64,000 nt of DNA from positions 21,182-85,181 of the forward strand of contig CBFCYE010000011.1 of assembly GCA_965602225.1 (NCBI GenBank), in the 5' to 3' direction. Origin of the DNA: an uncultured Gammaproteobacteria bacterium (GTDB lineage Bacteria > Pseudomonadota > Gammaproteobacteria > Tenderiales > Tenderiaceae). The position numbers and the translations under genes were made by a program. The notes under the pieces are model-generated. The model searched no databases. It saw nothing but the letters and a program-made list of their open reading frames with translations, and was not told the DNA's origin. Shown one piece after another: positions 19,991-30,509 of the stretch (the stretch's first letter is position 1; every line of letters starts with the position of its first letter).

Positions 19991-22900
19991 TTAGGGTGGA
20001 GTAGTGATTTTTTTTGTTACTACAACGCAGTTTTGTCTACGTTGTTTAAACTGTTGGCAGAGAGCCTTCGCTGTGGTTGCGTCCAGCTTGCCTGTCGCTT
20101 GGACGCGGTAAAATATGCCGCGAGCGTCTTGATTGCTGCGTTCGACGCGAAGCTCTAGCCCTTGCAACAGGTCACTATTGTGGCGTTGGAGTAATAAGGC
20201 AATGGCTGCATCCGCGCTGGCCTGACTACCGAAGGCGCCTAGCTGTAATCTGTAGGTAATAGGTGGAAGCGATGTCTCGGTAGGTAGAGGTAGGGCAATG
20301 CTGCTTAAGGGGGTGCTAATTTCGGGTGCGACTGATTCAGGCACGGTTAAAATAATCGCAGCTTCATTTCCTTTGGGGAAAAACGAACCGGTGACAGGGG
20401 CTTGCTGTGCTTTGACAATGAGCTCGAGCCCCGAATGGTCGGGAGCGTTTTCGTTCAGTTCGACGCTGGGGGCTGGGTGGGTCAGTATGTCCTTGTATTT
20501 TGCGGTCAGAGTAATGGTGTATTGACCATGGGGAATGTGTTCAAAGACGAAGAAGCCATCGTAGCTGCTAATCTTGAAATCAACAAGTTCATTGTTTGTG
20601 TCGCGTAGTTCCACCACCATGCCAGGTTGCGGCTTGAGCATATTATCGTCGCCACGCTGGAGTAGCTTGCCATCGATTTCGCCAGTGATTATGACTGGAA
20701 AATCGATGATGTCCCAGTGGGCGGGGCGGGGCTGGACTGAGTTTCCTAGATGGCGAGATATCATGGTGGTGTCGGGCAGGGATTCTTGATCGAGCCGAAT
20801 GTCGCTGGCTCTGCCGGGGTGCAGGCCGGTTAGATAGGCGGTGCCGTGTTCATCGGTATCGACATTGCGAAATAGCTGTGTGGCATAAACGGTTGCATTG
20901 GGAATCGGTTTGTCCCCTGCGCTGAATTTACCATCGCCATCAATGTCGTTGAAGACGCGGCTGGCGACGGCGCCGGATTGGGCCATTGATTTACCTGAAA
21001 AGAGTACCCCGCTTCTTTCAGGTTTGGGGGAGAGGGAAAAGGTGGCGGAAATAAAGCCAAGATAGGTGTCGTTGGAATCGTAGATAATCCTTGGTGAGAG
21101 GGTGACGTGTTTGAGAAGCCAGCTCATTCCTGCTGTGTAGCGCGATACTTTGGTGACTGCCCTGTATTCAAGTCCGAAGTACATGCTCATGTCATGTGCA
21201 ATGTTTAAGTCGCTGGTTAATGAATATTGCAGTGACTCACGTTCAGGTTGTAGTCGGTAATTGTAAGCGCCACGAACTAAAAGTGGGAAAAGCTTGCTGT
21301 CGAAATAGAGAGTGCCGGTTAGGCCTGATGGTTTGTTTGGTTCTTTAGGGTCTTGATAAACCAGGGAAGACAGGGAATTGCCAACGCGGGAATTCCCTAC
21401 TTTAGTGCTTAGGTCTAGCCCGTAACTGGTGGTCGAGAGATTGAGCTGACGATTGTGCGTGGCTGCGAAACGGGTTGAAATCGATTTGATTTTACCTGTG
21501 AGAATGACACGGCTCAGGCTTGTGAGTTTTGTTTGGGTGTTTGGGTCTGTCGCAATCACCGAGTCGGCATACTGGGTGTGTTGCAGTTGAGTTTGAAAGC
21601 CCCATAAGCGCATGGTGTACGGTGTGTTGATTACCGCATCCCAGATGGTGCCGCCCAATGGGTCTTTGGTGCCGCTGAGTCCCAGAGTGACAAAGCGCCA
21701 GTCGGTTTGAAAGCCTGCACCATAATAGTTTAGACGTGTCCCGTCAGTAACAATGCTATTCCAGGTGCTGTTAACGGAAAGATTGGGTGATATGCCGTAG
21801 CCCAGGCTCGCCGTGTAACGGCCGGTGCCAAGATCAGTCGTCGCAATTGTCGTATCGATCTCTTGCTCGTACAGAGGTTTGTTTTGTTGTGAAGCTGAAA
21901 GTTGGTAGCTGAGGTTGCCCGCGTGAATAGCATCGCTTCCTCCGTAGCGGGTGATGGTTTCGGTGCGGCGCTCGCCGGCAGGGCCGTAGAAAAGCAGTTC
22001 AAAGGTGTTGGCGCCAGTATATAAAATTAGGTCGCGAAAATCATAACGGCCTTCGACGTCGATGATTTGGTAGTCGACACGGATACCATTGTGTAATAGC
22101 TCTACTTCCCAGCCTTGAAGGATGTCGCCGCTGATACGGGTTTTGTTTCCATCTGGAGAATAGAGGTCAGTATCGCTGTGGCTACTGCCTTGAACCTGAA
22201 TGCCTCGCTCCATACTGTATTGAGGTACGCCTGGTAACGATGGTGGCAGGATGTCGCCAACTTCTATCCGGCTGATTCCTGAGGGGGTGTACGGCTTGTC
22301 GCGAGACAGGGTCATACGGGCAGTCTGCACTTCCTTGTCTTTATTGCCGCTCAGGTAGATGGATGAGCTCATATAGGCAAGGTCGCCACGCAGCAATGTG
22401 GAGTGATTCCAGCTGGTGGTTGCCGAGGTTATTTGGGGCTCGGTATCGCGACGAACAAAGTAGCTCAGTGATACATCAGCAATAGGTGGGCCAATAAGTC
22501 GATAGGGCGTGGTGATATTAGGGAGCTCCGGCGGCGACATGACAAAGCGTTTGCCAGCCTGTTGACGGCGTTGGGCGCGTAGCTGGGAGGGTAGTGGTTC
22601 CCGCGGTTCAACGTTGATTGCCATGCTGGTGAGTTGCAGTGTTAGATCTGCCGGAAACCAATGTGAGAATACTTTGAGCGGGACATAAATGGCATATTCA
22701 TGCGAGATGGCGTCGCTGGGTTTGAGCGGCTGGCTTATGCCTTCTATAGTTACTGTTCTGGTATTGATGTCTAGTTCAAATTTACGATCTTTGCTTAGAA
22801 ACCATCCGCTTGCGGTGCCATTGTCAGCATCAACTTCAATGGGGAATTCCAGTGCGGCGCTAGCCTCAGCTAGCGAGATGACAATAGTGTTGTTAAGCGA

Positions 22901-23077
22901 ATAGGCGGTTACGGATTGGCCGAGGATTGTACGTCCCAGCTTGAAGTCCAGTAGCAGTAGATTGTCTTCGCTAAACTCTTCGGCCTGGACGGTCGCGTGT
23001 GTCAACGATAAGGAGAGTGCCAGTAATCCGGCGATAGCGTGGGCGATTAAACGCTTGGGGCGATGGCGCAATTGCAA
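19991..23077 (-). CDS. Outer-membrane usher-like protein (TcfC/CooC-like) with C-terminal SPOR domain
   Basis: Signal peptide; GWEVELLHNG..GRYDF..L.FYGPAGE plug region; amphipathic beta strands; VFNDIDGDG Ig-like CTDs; YRLQLGAF..FYRVQA..LC..C SPOR domain. Confidence 0.72.
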   Translation of the reverse strand: MQLRHRPKRLIAHAIAGLLALSLSLTHATVQAEEFSEDNLLLLDFKLGRTILGQSVTAYSLNNTIVISLAEASAALEFPIEVDADNGTASGWFLSKDRKFELDINTRTVTIEGISQPLKPSDAISHEYAIYVPLKVFSHWFPADLTLQLTSMAINVEPREPLPSQLRAQRRQQAGKRFVMSPPELPNITTPYRLIGPPIADVSLSYFVRRDTEPQITSATTSWNHSTLLRGDLAYMSSSIYLSGNKDKEVQTARMTLSRDKPYTPSGISRIEVGDILPPSLPGVPQYSMERGIQVQGSSHSDTDLYSPDGNKTRISGDILQGWEVELLHNGIRVDYQIIDVEGRYDFRDLILYTGANTFELLFYGPAGERRTETITRYGGSDAIHAGNLSYQLSASQQNKPLYEQEIDTTIATTDLGTGRYTASLGYGISPNLSVNSTWNSIVTDGTRLNYYGAGFQTDWRFVTLGLSGTKDPLGGTIWDAVINTPYTMRLWGFQTQLQHTQYADSVIATDPNTQTKLTSLSRVILTGKIKSISTRFAATHNRQLNLSTTSYGLDLSTKVGNSRVGNSLSSLVYQDPKEPNKPSGLTGTLYFDSKLFPLLVRGAYNYRLQPERESLQYSLTSDLNIAHDMSMYFGLEYRAVTKVSRYTAGMSWLLKHVTLSPRIIYDSNDTYLGFISATFSLSPKPERSGVLFSGKSMAQSGAVASRVFNDIDGDGKFSAGDKPIPNATVYATQLFRNVDTDEHGTAYLTGLHPGRASDIRLDQESLPDTTMISRHLGNSVQPRPAHWDIIDFPVIITGEIDGKLLQRGDDNMLKPQPGMVVELRDTNNELVDFKISSYDGFFVFEHIPHGQYTITLTAKYKDILTHPAPSVELNENAPDHSGLELIVKAQQAPVTGSFFPKGNEAAIILTVPESVAPEISTPLSSIALPLPTETSLPPITYRLQLGAFGSQASADAAIALLLQRHNSDLLQGLELRVERSNQDARGIFYRVQATGKLDATTAKALCQQFKQRRQNCVVVTKKITTPP

Positions 23078-23447
23078 ATCTGTTATCCCATTGTTGTGGT
23101 GTTTGCTGCGCCTTGGCGAGCAATGGGCGGTGTCCCCCTCAGGGCAACCAGCCTAACTCCGCATGTCCATGAATTATCGTTATTTAATGGACGGTTAAAG
23201 GAGTGTAGCACAGCCTTTTTTTAAACGGCTAGTTGTCGTTTAGCTATAAAAAATGCGAGGTGCTGGCGTTTGTTGCTTGGTTGTTGCGACTGCCTGATGG
23301 GCGTGATTAAAAAACTTTCCGTGCTAGAATGCGTGGGTATTTAATGTTGGCTGGTGCAGATTTGTTTGGCTTTATATTCAACGTCGATTTAGCTTGTGAG
23401 TGGGTCGAATGCTTGGGTGTTTTTGAAATGAGATGGGTTGATTAACG

Positions 23448-24032
23448 ATGCTGTTGATGATTGATAACTATGACTCCTTCACCTACAACCTGGTGCAATA
23501 CTTTGGTGAGCTGGGTGCTGAGGTGCAGGTTTATCGCAACGATCAGATTACGATTGAACAGATTGAGGCGCTGGCACCGCAACAGCTGGTGGTTTCACCG
23601 GGGCCATGTACGCCGAATGAGGCGGGCATCTCGATTGCGGCTATCAACCACTTTGCCGGCAAACTGCCGATTCTGGGTGTTTGTCTGGGGCACCAGAGTA
23701 TCGGTCAGGCCTTTGGCGGCAAGATCGTTCATGCCAAACAAATCATGCATGGCAAGACCTCAATGGTGAAACACAATGATAGTGGTGTCTTCAAAGGGTT
23801 GAACAATCCCTTCGAGGTGACTCGTTACCACTCATTGGTGATTGAGCGTGAGTCTATGCCTGAATGTCTTGAGATGACTGCCTGGGTTGAAACGGCCGAG
23901 GGCGAGATCGATGAGATCATGGGTGTGCGTCACAAGGAACTGGCGATTGAAGGGGTGCAGTTTCATCCCGAGTCTATCCTGACCCAACACGGTCATGACC
24001 TGATGAAAAACTTTCTCGAACAAAAGATCTAA
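23448..24032 (+). CDS. trpG: Anthranilate synthase component II (glutamine amidotransferase)
   Basis: [28 protein letters not shown]. Confidence 0.95.
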   Translation: MLLMIDNYDSFTYNLVQYFGELGAEVQVYRNDQITIEQIEALAPQQLVVSPGPCTPNEAGISIAAINHFAGKLPILGVCLGHQSIGQAFGGKIVHAKQIMHGKTSMVKHNDSGVFKGLNNPFEVTRYHSLVIERESMPECLEMTAWVETAEGEIDEIMGVRHKELAIEGVQFHPESILTQHGHDLMKNFLEQKI

Positions 24033-24044
24033 AGGAGTCACTTC

Positions 24045-25079
24045 ATGGATATGCAGGGTGCGATTCGTGCGGTCACCGACGGCAAAAATCTAACTGCTGA
24101 GCAAATGACTTCGGTGATGCGGTTGATAATGACTGGTGCTGCGACGCAGGCCCAAATCGGTGGCTTTCTGATTGGTTTGCGGATGAAGGGCGAAACGGTG
24201 GACGAGATCACGGCCGCTGCTCAGGTAATGCGTGAGCTGGCTACACCGGTCAAAATTGAAGGTGATCACCTGGTCGATACCTGTGGCACCGGTGGTGATG
24301 CCTCGGGTGCTTTTAATATCTCTACAGCTTCGGCCTTTGTTGTTGCCGCCGCCGGTGCGAAAGTCGCCAAACACGGTAATCGTTCCATTTCCAGCAAATC
24401 AGGCAGTGCCGATGTGTTGGAAGCCGCCGGTGTTAGTCTCGACCTGAATGCTGATCAGGTGACTCGTTGCGTAGCTGAAGTAGGTGTTGGCTTTATGTTT
24501 GCGCCTAAACATCACGGTGCCATGAAGCACGCCATCGGCCCGCGTAAGGAGATGGGGGTGCGGACCATCTTTAATGTGCTTGGCCCGCTGACCAATCCGG
24601 CTGGCGCACCGAATCAGGTGCTAGGTGTCTTCAGTGAGCAATGGTTACAGCCATTGGCTGAGGTGCTGGGGCGTCTCGGTAGCAATCATGTCCTAGTGGT
24701 TCATTCAGACGACGGCATGGACGAGATAAGCATTGGCGCGCCGACCCAGGTGGCTGAGCTGAAAGATGGCAAGATTAGCTGTTACAGCATTACGCCGGAA
24801 CAGTTTGGTATGCAGCGTGCGGATATCAAACAGATTGCCGTCGATGGTGCTGAGGCCAGTCTGGCCGTTATCAAAAAAGTATTTGCCAATCAGGCTGGCC
24901 CGGCGCGTGACATTGTCGTCCTCAATGCCGGGGCGGCGATCTATGCTGCTGGTTTGGCCGACTCGCTTGAAGCGGGTGTCAGCAAGGCGGCCGAGCTGAT
25001 TGCCAGTGGTGCCGCGGCTGAAAAAATGGCGGCCTTGGTTTCGCTTAGTCAACAATTGGGTCAGCAGTTAGCCGGATAG
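24045..25079 (+). CDS. trpD: Anthranilate phosphoribosyltransferase
   Basis: [36 protein letters not shown]. Confidence 0.97.
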   Translation: MDMQGAIRAVTDGKNLTAEQMTSVMRLIMTGAATQAQIGGFLIGLRMKGETVDEITAAAQVMRELATPVKIEGDHLVDTCGTGGDASGAFNISTASAFVVAAAGAKVAKHGNRSISSKSGSADVLEAAGVSLDLNADQVTRCVAEVGVGFMFAPKHHGAMKHAIGPRKEMGVRTIFNVLGPLTNPAGAPNQVLGVFSEQWLQPLAEVLGRLGSNHVLVVHSDDGMDEISIGAPTQVAELKDGKISCYSITPEQFGMQRADIKQIAVDGAEASLAVIKKVFANQAGPARDIVVLNAGAAIYAAGLADSLEAGVSKAAELIASGAAAEKMAALVSLSQQLGQQLAG

Positions 25080-25086
25080 AATAAAG

Positions 25087-25881
25087 ATGAGTCAGCCAGA
25101 TATTTTACAAAAAATCCTGCGTCGCAAGGTCGAAGAAGTGGTCGAGCGCAGCTCGACGCTGAGTCTGCGTGAGCTGGCCAAACAGGTGGAGGCGGTAGCG
25201 CCGGCGCGTGGTTTTGTCCGTGCTATTGAAGCAAAGATAACTCAGGGCAATGCCGCAGTGATTGCCGAAATCAAAAAGGCTTCGCCAAGTAAGGGATTGT
25301 TGCGCGAAGACTTTCATCCGGCTGATATTGCCAAATCCTATGAAGAGGGTGGCGCTGCCTGTTTGTCGGTGCTGACCGATGCTGATTTTTTTCAGGGCCA
25401 CGAGGACTATCTCAAGCAGGCTAGAGCTGCCTGCAGCCTGCCGGTGATTCGCAAAGACTTTATTATCGATCCCTATCAGGTCTACGAGGCCCGCGCCATG
25501 GGTGCCGATTGCATCCTGCTGATTGTCGCTGCCCTGGGTGATGTCATGTTGCTGGAATTGAGCCAGCTGGCCGATCAGCTGGGCATGGATGTCTTGGTCG
25601 AGGTGCATGATGCTCAGGAGTTGCAACGGGCCTTGAGCCTGCCGCTGAAATTGATAGGCATCAATAATCGCAATCTGCGGACCTTTGATACCTCGCTGCA
25701 AACCACCATCGATCTACTGGCTGATATTGGCGACGATCGTATTGTGGTTACGGAAAGCGGTATTCACAGCGTTGACGATGTGAAGCTGATGCGTGACCAC
25801 AACGTCAATGCCTTTCTGGTGGGCGAGGCCTTTATGCGTGCTGATGATCCAGGGCAGCAGTTAAAAAGCCTGTTTTTCTAG
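25087..25881 (+). CDS. trpC: Indole-3-glycerol-phosphate synthase
   Basis: [32 protein letters not shown]. Confidence 0.97.
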   Translation: MSQPDILQKILRRKVEEVVERSSTLSLRELAKQVEAVAPARGFVRAIEAKITQGNAAVIAEIKKASPSKGLLREDFHPADIAKSYEEGGAACLSVLTDADFFQGHEDYLKQARAACSLPVIRKDFIIDPYQVYEARAMGADCILLIVAALGDVMLLELSQLADQLGMDVLVEVHDAQELQRALSLPLKLIGINNRNLRTFDTSLQTTIDLLADIGDDRIVVTESGIHSVDDVKLMRDHNVNAFLVGEAFMRADDPGQQLKSLFF

Positions 25882-26012
25882 CCTCTGCCGGTCAATCGTT
25901 TCCTTATGTGAACGCTAAAGTCAGGCTGTATGGCGCCGATAGCTGATAGCAGCGTTCTGTTATTGAGCAGGACGTAAAATAATTCTGATTGGACTTACAT
26001 TAGGGAGCACAC

Positions 26013-27347
26013 ATGCGTAAATCTATCCTGTTGAAGGCCTTGGCGCCGACTCTGGTTCTGTTTTCTACCCAGGCGGCGGCGGTGCCGTTTCAGTCTATCG
26101 ATCCGCGTTCGTTGGGGATGGGGGGGGTTGGTGTGGCCTCGGGCACTAGTGCCAATGCCGGTTTTATGAATCCGGCCCTGCTTTCAGCTGCGCATGAGGA
26201 TGAGGATTTTAGTCTGGAACTGCCTATTATTGGGGCGCGTTTTTCTGACCCGGATAGCCTGCTTGATGAAATCGATACTTATCAGGATTCCAATCTTGAG
26301 GCCAATTTAACAACGGCTGTAGATGCTTTTAATGCGGCAGTTGCTGCTGCGAATGTGCCTAATGCAATCACTGAGGCGGGTAATGTGGCAAGTGCTACTA
26401 GGGCTGTGCAGGCACAGTTAAATAAACTAGATAACAAGCCAATCCAGGGTGAGGTCTTCGGCGGAATGGTGATCGGCATTCCGAGCAAGAAAATTGGCGC
26501 TTCTTTAAACTTGAACGCATACGTTGTTGCTGGCGGTGTGTTTGATTATACGACTGGCGCTGGTAGCGATGATGCGATGCTGCAGGGGATAATTACCGCT
26601 GCTGATGCTGTTGCTACTTTGGCAGATCCCGCGCAACTGTCAGGCGATAGTTTTGTTACAGCCCAGGATACTGGTACAGATGTGGTCTCTAATCTGACTT
26701 CGAATTTGGCTGCCCGTGGAGCGGTGATCTCCGAGGTTGGTCTGTCGCTGTCACGTGAAGTTAATATTGGCGGTCATGATGTCGCGGTTGGGATCACTCC
26801 GAAGCTGGTCAAGGTGAAAACCTTTCACTATGTCCTGGGTGCTAACACTGCCGACTTTGATTCAGAAAAGGGCACTAAGGACTATAGTGACTTTAATATT
26901 GATGTCGGTATTGCCAAGGATTACGGCAATAGTTGGAAAACCGGCCTGGTGGTAAAAAACCTGATTGGTAAGGAGTATGAGACCGCTCCATTTGCTTCAC
27001 CGGGTCTGGCTGCCGTTCCATCTGCCACAATTAAGGTTGACCCGCAGGTACGCCTGGGTATTGCGCATAGTAACGAATGGTTGACGGTTGCCGCCGATTT
27101 GGATGTGACAGAAAACGAGCCGGTGGGGTTTGAGACCAAGACTCAGTATCTGGGGCTTGGTGTTGAGGCGGATCTATTTGACTGGGTGCAGTTTCGTGCC
27201 GGTTATCGTCACAACCTAAGTGATTCTGATACCAGTATCCCAACCATCGGTTTTGGATTTTCACCTTTTGGTGTGCATATGGATTTGGCGCTGGCGGGCA
27301 ACAGCGACGAGGCCGCAGTGTCCTTTCAGTTGGGGTTCCGTTTCTAA
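26013..27347 (+). CDS. TraF_2-family outer-membrane beta-barrel protein
   Basis: Signal peptide; DPRSLGMGGVGVA..NPALL N-terminal motif; C-terminal GFRF. Confidence 0.75.
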   Translation: MRKSILLKALAPTLVLFSTQAAAVPFQSIDPRSLGMGGVGVASGTSANAGFMNPALLSAAHEDEDFSLELPIIGARFSDPDSLLDEIDTYQDSNLEANLTTAVDAFNAAVAAANVPNAITEAGNVASATRAVQAQLNKLDNKPIQGEVFGGMVIGIPSKKIGASLNLNAYVVAGGVFDYTTGAGSDDAMLQGIITAADAVATLADPAQLSGDSFVTAQDTGTDVVSNLTSNLAARGAVISEVGLSLSREVNIGGHDVAVGITPKLVKVKTFHYVLGANTADFDSEKGTKDYSDFNIDVGIAKDYGNSWKTGLVVKNLIGKEYETAPFASPGLAAVPSATIKVDPQVRLGIAHSNEWLTVAADLDVTENEPVGFETKTQYLGLGVEADLFDWVQFRAGYRHNLSDSDTSIPTIGFGFSPFGVHMDLALAGNSDEAAVSFQLGFRF

Positions 27348-27374
27348 TATTCACTCGATTAGTATAAATCGCGT

Positions 27375-27408
27375 AAAAGGCCCCGCCATTACTGGCGGGG
27401 CCTTTTTA
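27375..27408 (+). terminator. Intrinsic terminator
   Basis: AAAAGGCCCCGCCA-TTAC-TGGCGGGGCCTTTTT. Confidence 0.85.
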
Positions 27409-27516
27409 TTTTGGCGGGATTGGTTTTGGGAATTGGGTTAAAATCGCCGATTGATTGTTGCTGGTGTAAGACAGATGTTGGTTTGTGGTGAGAATAAAGA
27501 GAAGGAAAGTGGGTGC

Positions 27517-28764
27517 ATGGCCAGAATAACGTTACAGCTAGGCGGTCTGATGTCCGTTCTGGCATTGTTTTCAGCGCAGGTGTCAGCCTTGCCATTTTCC
27601 CCGATTGAACCCCGCTCGTTTGCCCTGGGGGGAACAGGGGTTTCCTCGGCCTCGAATGCCAATGCCGGTTTTTTAAACCCGGCGCTGTTGGCTGTAAACG
27701 AGCGCGATGAGGCGCTTGTGTTGCATGCCCCTGTACTTGGGTTTCGTTATTTCGACAAACAAAATGTGATGGATTCGCTGGCCAATTATCAGCGCATTGG
27801 CGCCGAGGCCTCCTACGATACTGTGCTGCATGATTTTAATAATGCCATCTATGTGAATAACAATGTCAATGAATCGCTGGTGAATATTGGCGGCTGGGCA
27901 AACGTGATGCGCACCCGCATTCCAGACCTGGCCAATAAATCTGTTCAGCAGGAGTTTATGGCGGCGGCTGTGGTGGGTATTCCACATGAGAAGCTAAATA
28001 TGACCTTTAGCCTGAGCAGCAAAATTCTGGGTGGTGGTGTGGTTGATATTGCTGATAGTGATTTAACCGAGCTGGATAGGATTATTAAAGAGGCGGACGA
28101 TGCTTCGCTCTTAAGTACGGAATCATTTGATTCAACTCAATTTGCTTCGCGATTTCGTGGTCGGGGTTTGAGCACCACTGAGTTTGGGTTGTCCATAGCG
28201 CGGCAATACAGCTTTGCCGGGCATGACATTGCTGTTGGGGTAACGCCGAAATATATCCAGGCGACCAGCTTTGATTATGCTACGTATATCAGTACAGCTG
28301 ATTTTGAAACCGATTTGAATAAAAAGAGCCACTCGGCCTTTGATGTTGATGTGGGTGCGGCCAAGTCTTATGGCAATGGTTGGAGCACCGGCGTTGCCAT
28401 CAAGAATCTGATTGGGCAAAAGTATCAGACCAGCTTGGATAATGAGATCAGAATCAAGCCGCAGGCACGTATCGGTATTTCTCACGCAATGAAATGGGTC
28501 GCGGTTGCGGTGGATATGGATTTGAACAAAAGCCAATCGCTAGGCTTTGATTCGGAAACGCAATACCTGGGTATTGGGGCCGAGCTGAATGTGTTTGATA
28601 TGAGCACCATCCGTATAGGTTATCGCTCTAATATGAGTGATGTTGACACCAGTCTTGCCACGGTTGGCCTAGGCATAAAGGTTTACGGTGTGCAGGTTGA
28701 TCTTGCCGCGGGTGCCAATGAAGATGAGATTGATTTTGCCGCCCAGGCGAGCTTTCGATTTTAA
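27517..28764 (+). CDS. Second TraF_2-family outer-membrane beta-barrel paralogue
   Basis: Start reassigned to ATG 27517 (signal peptide follows); EPRSFALGGTGV..NPALL; C-terminal SFRF. Confidence 0.75.
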   Translation: MARITLQLGGLMSVLALFSAQVSALPFSPIEPRSFALGGTGVSSASNANAGFLNPALLAVNERDEALVLHAPVLGFRYFDKQNVMDSLANYQRIGAEASYDTVLHDFNNAIYVNNNVNESLVNIGGWANVMRTRIPDLANKSVQQEFMAAAVVGIPHEKLNMTFSLSSKILGGGVVDIADSDLTELDRIIKEADDASLLSTESFDSTQFASRFRGRGLSTTEFGLSIARQYSFAGHDIAVGVTPKYIQATSFDYATYISTADFETDLNKKSHSAFDVDVGAAKSYGNGWSTGVAIKNLIGQKYQTSLDNEIRIKPQARIGISHAMKWVAVAVDMDLNKSQSLGFDSETQYLGIGAELNVFDMSTIRIGYRSNMSDVDTSLATVGLGIKVYGVQVDLAAGANEDEIDFAAQASFRF

Positions 28765-28774
28765 GCGGAACTGG

Positions 28775-28824
28775 ATTTAGACATAAAAAAGCCCGGTTTA
28801 TACCGGGCTTTTTTATGTCTAAAT
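28775..28824. terminator. Bidirectional terminator with a perfect 23-bp inverted repeat
   Basis: ATTTAGACATAAAAAAGCCCGGT-TTAT-ACCGGGCTTTTTTATGTCTAAAT between convergent genes. Confidence 0.85.
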
Positions 28825-28836
28825 TAAATGCTGCTA

Positions 28837-29478
28837 TCAACGTGTGCCAAACACGACGATGGTCTTGCCTTTGGCTGAGATCAGGTTTTGTTGTTCCAGG
28901 CTCTTCAATACTCGACCAACCATCTCGCGTGAGCAACCGACAATGCGCCCCAGTTCCTGGCGGGTGATCTTGATTTGCATGCCATCCGGATGGGTGATGG
29001 CATCGGGTTGCTGGCATAGATCAAGTAATGTCTTGGCAACCCGGCCGCTGACATCCATAAAGGCTAAACGGGTGGCCATGTCTGAGGTGCGGCGCAGACG
29101 CAGGGCCATCTGTGAGGCCATCTGGAAAATGATCTCAGTATGATCCTTGGCCATTTGCCGGAACCGTTCATAGCTGATTTCGGCTACTTCACAGTCACCA
29201 CGGGCGCGGATCCAGGCGCTGCGTTCCGGGTCGTCGCTAAACAGGCCCATTTCACCAAAAAAGTCACCGGCGTTGAGATAGGCCAGCACCATTTCATTGC
29301 CATCATCATCTTCCGAGACCACGCTAACCGAGCCGGCGGTGATGTAATACAGCGAATCTGGCGTATCACCACCGTGAATGATGACGCTTTTATTGGGGTA
29401 GGTGCGCCGATGGCAGTGAGTCAGAAAGCTCTCTATTGCCGGGCTGGTTTTGGGTGTGTTGGTTTTGGCTAATGTCAT
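28837..29478 (-). CDS. crp: cAMP receptor protein CRP/Vfr
   Basis: [39 protein letters not shown]. Confidence 0.95.
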   Translation of the reverse strand: MTLAKTNTPKTSPAIESFLTHCHRRTYPNKSVIIHGGDTPDSLYYITAGSVSVVSEDDDGNEMVLAYLNAGDFFGEMGLFSDDPERSAWIRARGDCEVAEISYERFRQMAKDHTEIIFQMASQMALRLRRTSDMATRLAFMDVSGRVAKTLLDLCQQPDAITHPDGMQIKITRQELGRIVGCSREMVGRVLKSLEQQNLISAKGKTIVVFGTR

Positions 29479-29582
29479 TTTTTTCTCATAATGTTGCTGT
29501 CCCTTTTATTTGTATCGGCAAATAGGGGCTAGTGTTTGAGTTATCATACGGCCTATCTAAATATAGACCCAAGGAGTGATAA

Positions 29583-30014
29583 ATGAAGGCGCGCATCAAG
29601 TGGGTGGACAACGCTATGTTTGTAGCCGAATCTGGCAGCGGTCATGCCGTGGTGATCGATGGCCCGCCGGATGGTGGTGGTCGCAACATGGGTATGCGGC
29701 CGATGGAGATGCTGCTGATGGGCACCGGTGCTTGTAGTGCTTACGACGTGTTGTTGATCCTGCGCAAAGGCCGCCACTCGGTGACTGACTGTGTCTGTGA
29801 AGTCTCGGCCGAACGGGCCGATGAGGTGCCGTCGGTGTTTACCAAGATTCATCTGCACTTCATTGTCAGCGGTGATGGTTTGAAGGAAAGTGTGGTCAAA
29901 CGGGCGGTGCAGTTGTCGGCTGAAAAATATTGCTCCGCCTCTATTATGTTGGGCAAGACCGCCGAGATCAGCCATGATTTTGAAATCATCACAGCACAAG
30001 GTGATGTGGCGTGA
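29583..30014 (+). CDS. OsmC/YhfA family protein
   Basis: RPMEMLL..G.C and SAEKYCSAS; divergent from crp as in many Gammaproteobacteria. Confidence 0.9.
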   Translation: MKARIKWVDNAMFVAESGSGHAVVIDGPPDGGGRNMGMRPMEMLLMGTGACSAYDVLLILRKGRHSVTDCVCEVSAERADEVPSVFTKIHLHFIVSGDGLKESVVKRAVQLSAEKYCSASIMLGKTAEISHDFEIITAQGDVA

Positions 30015-30409
30015 TCAAACCAAAGCCCACCTCCGGTATGCGTCATGTCGCGCTATTTGTTAGCGACCTTGAGGCCTGTGAGCAGTTTTACGTCGAGCTG
30101 CTGGGGATGCAGGTGGAATGGCGTCCCGATCCGGATAACGTTTATCTCTGTTCCGGCAATGACAACCTGGCCCTGCATCGGGCGCCGGAGGGCTACGATA
30201 TGTCTGGCGATCAGGTCCTGGATCACATTGGTTTTATCATCGACGATATTGATCAGGTCAGTGTCTGGTTCGATTTTCTACGTGGGCATGACATCAAAAT
30301 GAAGACTGAGCCGCGTACCCATCGCGACGGTGCGCGTAGTTTCTATTGTTATGATCCAGGTGGTACTACAGTGCAGATGATTCATCACCCGCCCATTGTT
30401 TCCAAATAG
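30011..30409 (+). CDS. VOC/glyoxalase family protein
   Basis: HVALFVSDL..FY, DHIGF, SFYCYDPGG. Confidence 0.85.
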   Translation: MIKPKPTSGMRHVALFVSDLEACEQFYVELLGMQVEWRPDPDNVYLCSGNDNLALHRAPEGYDMSGDQVLDHIGFIIDDIDQVSVWFDFLRGHDIKMKTEPRTHRDGARSFYCYDPGGTTVQMIHHPPIVSK

Positions 30410-30509
30410 GCGTGCAAAAATAGCTCCCAAATTCGGGCGAAATAATAGATAATTCGCGCCTTTCCTGAGCGTGAGCGCTTGGGTTGTTGGATAGTTAGGA
30501 GGCGGCGTA

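Noticed and set aside
23428-23445. Mini-ORF MRWVD* just before trpG as a second Trp leader
   Set aside because: No RBS or associated hairpin seen; likely chance, though cheap to check for conservation
26013-28764. Conjugative element suggested by the TraF label
   Set aside because: No relaxase, T4SS, integrase or att sites nearby
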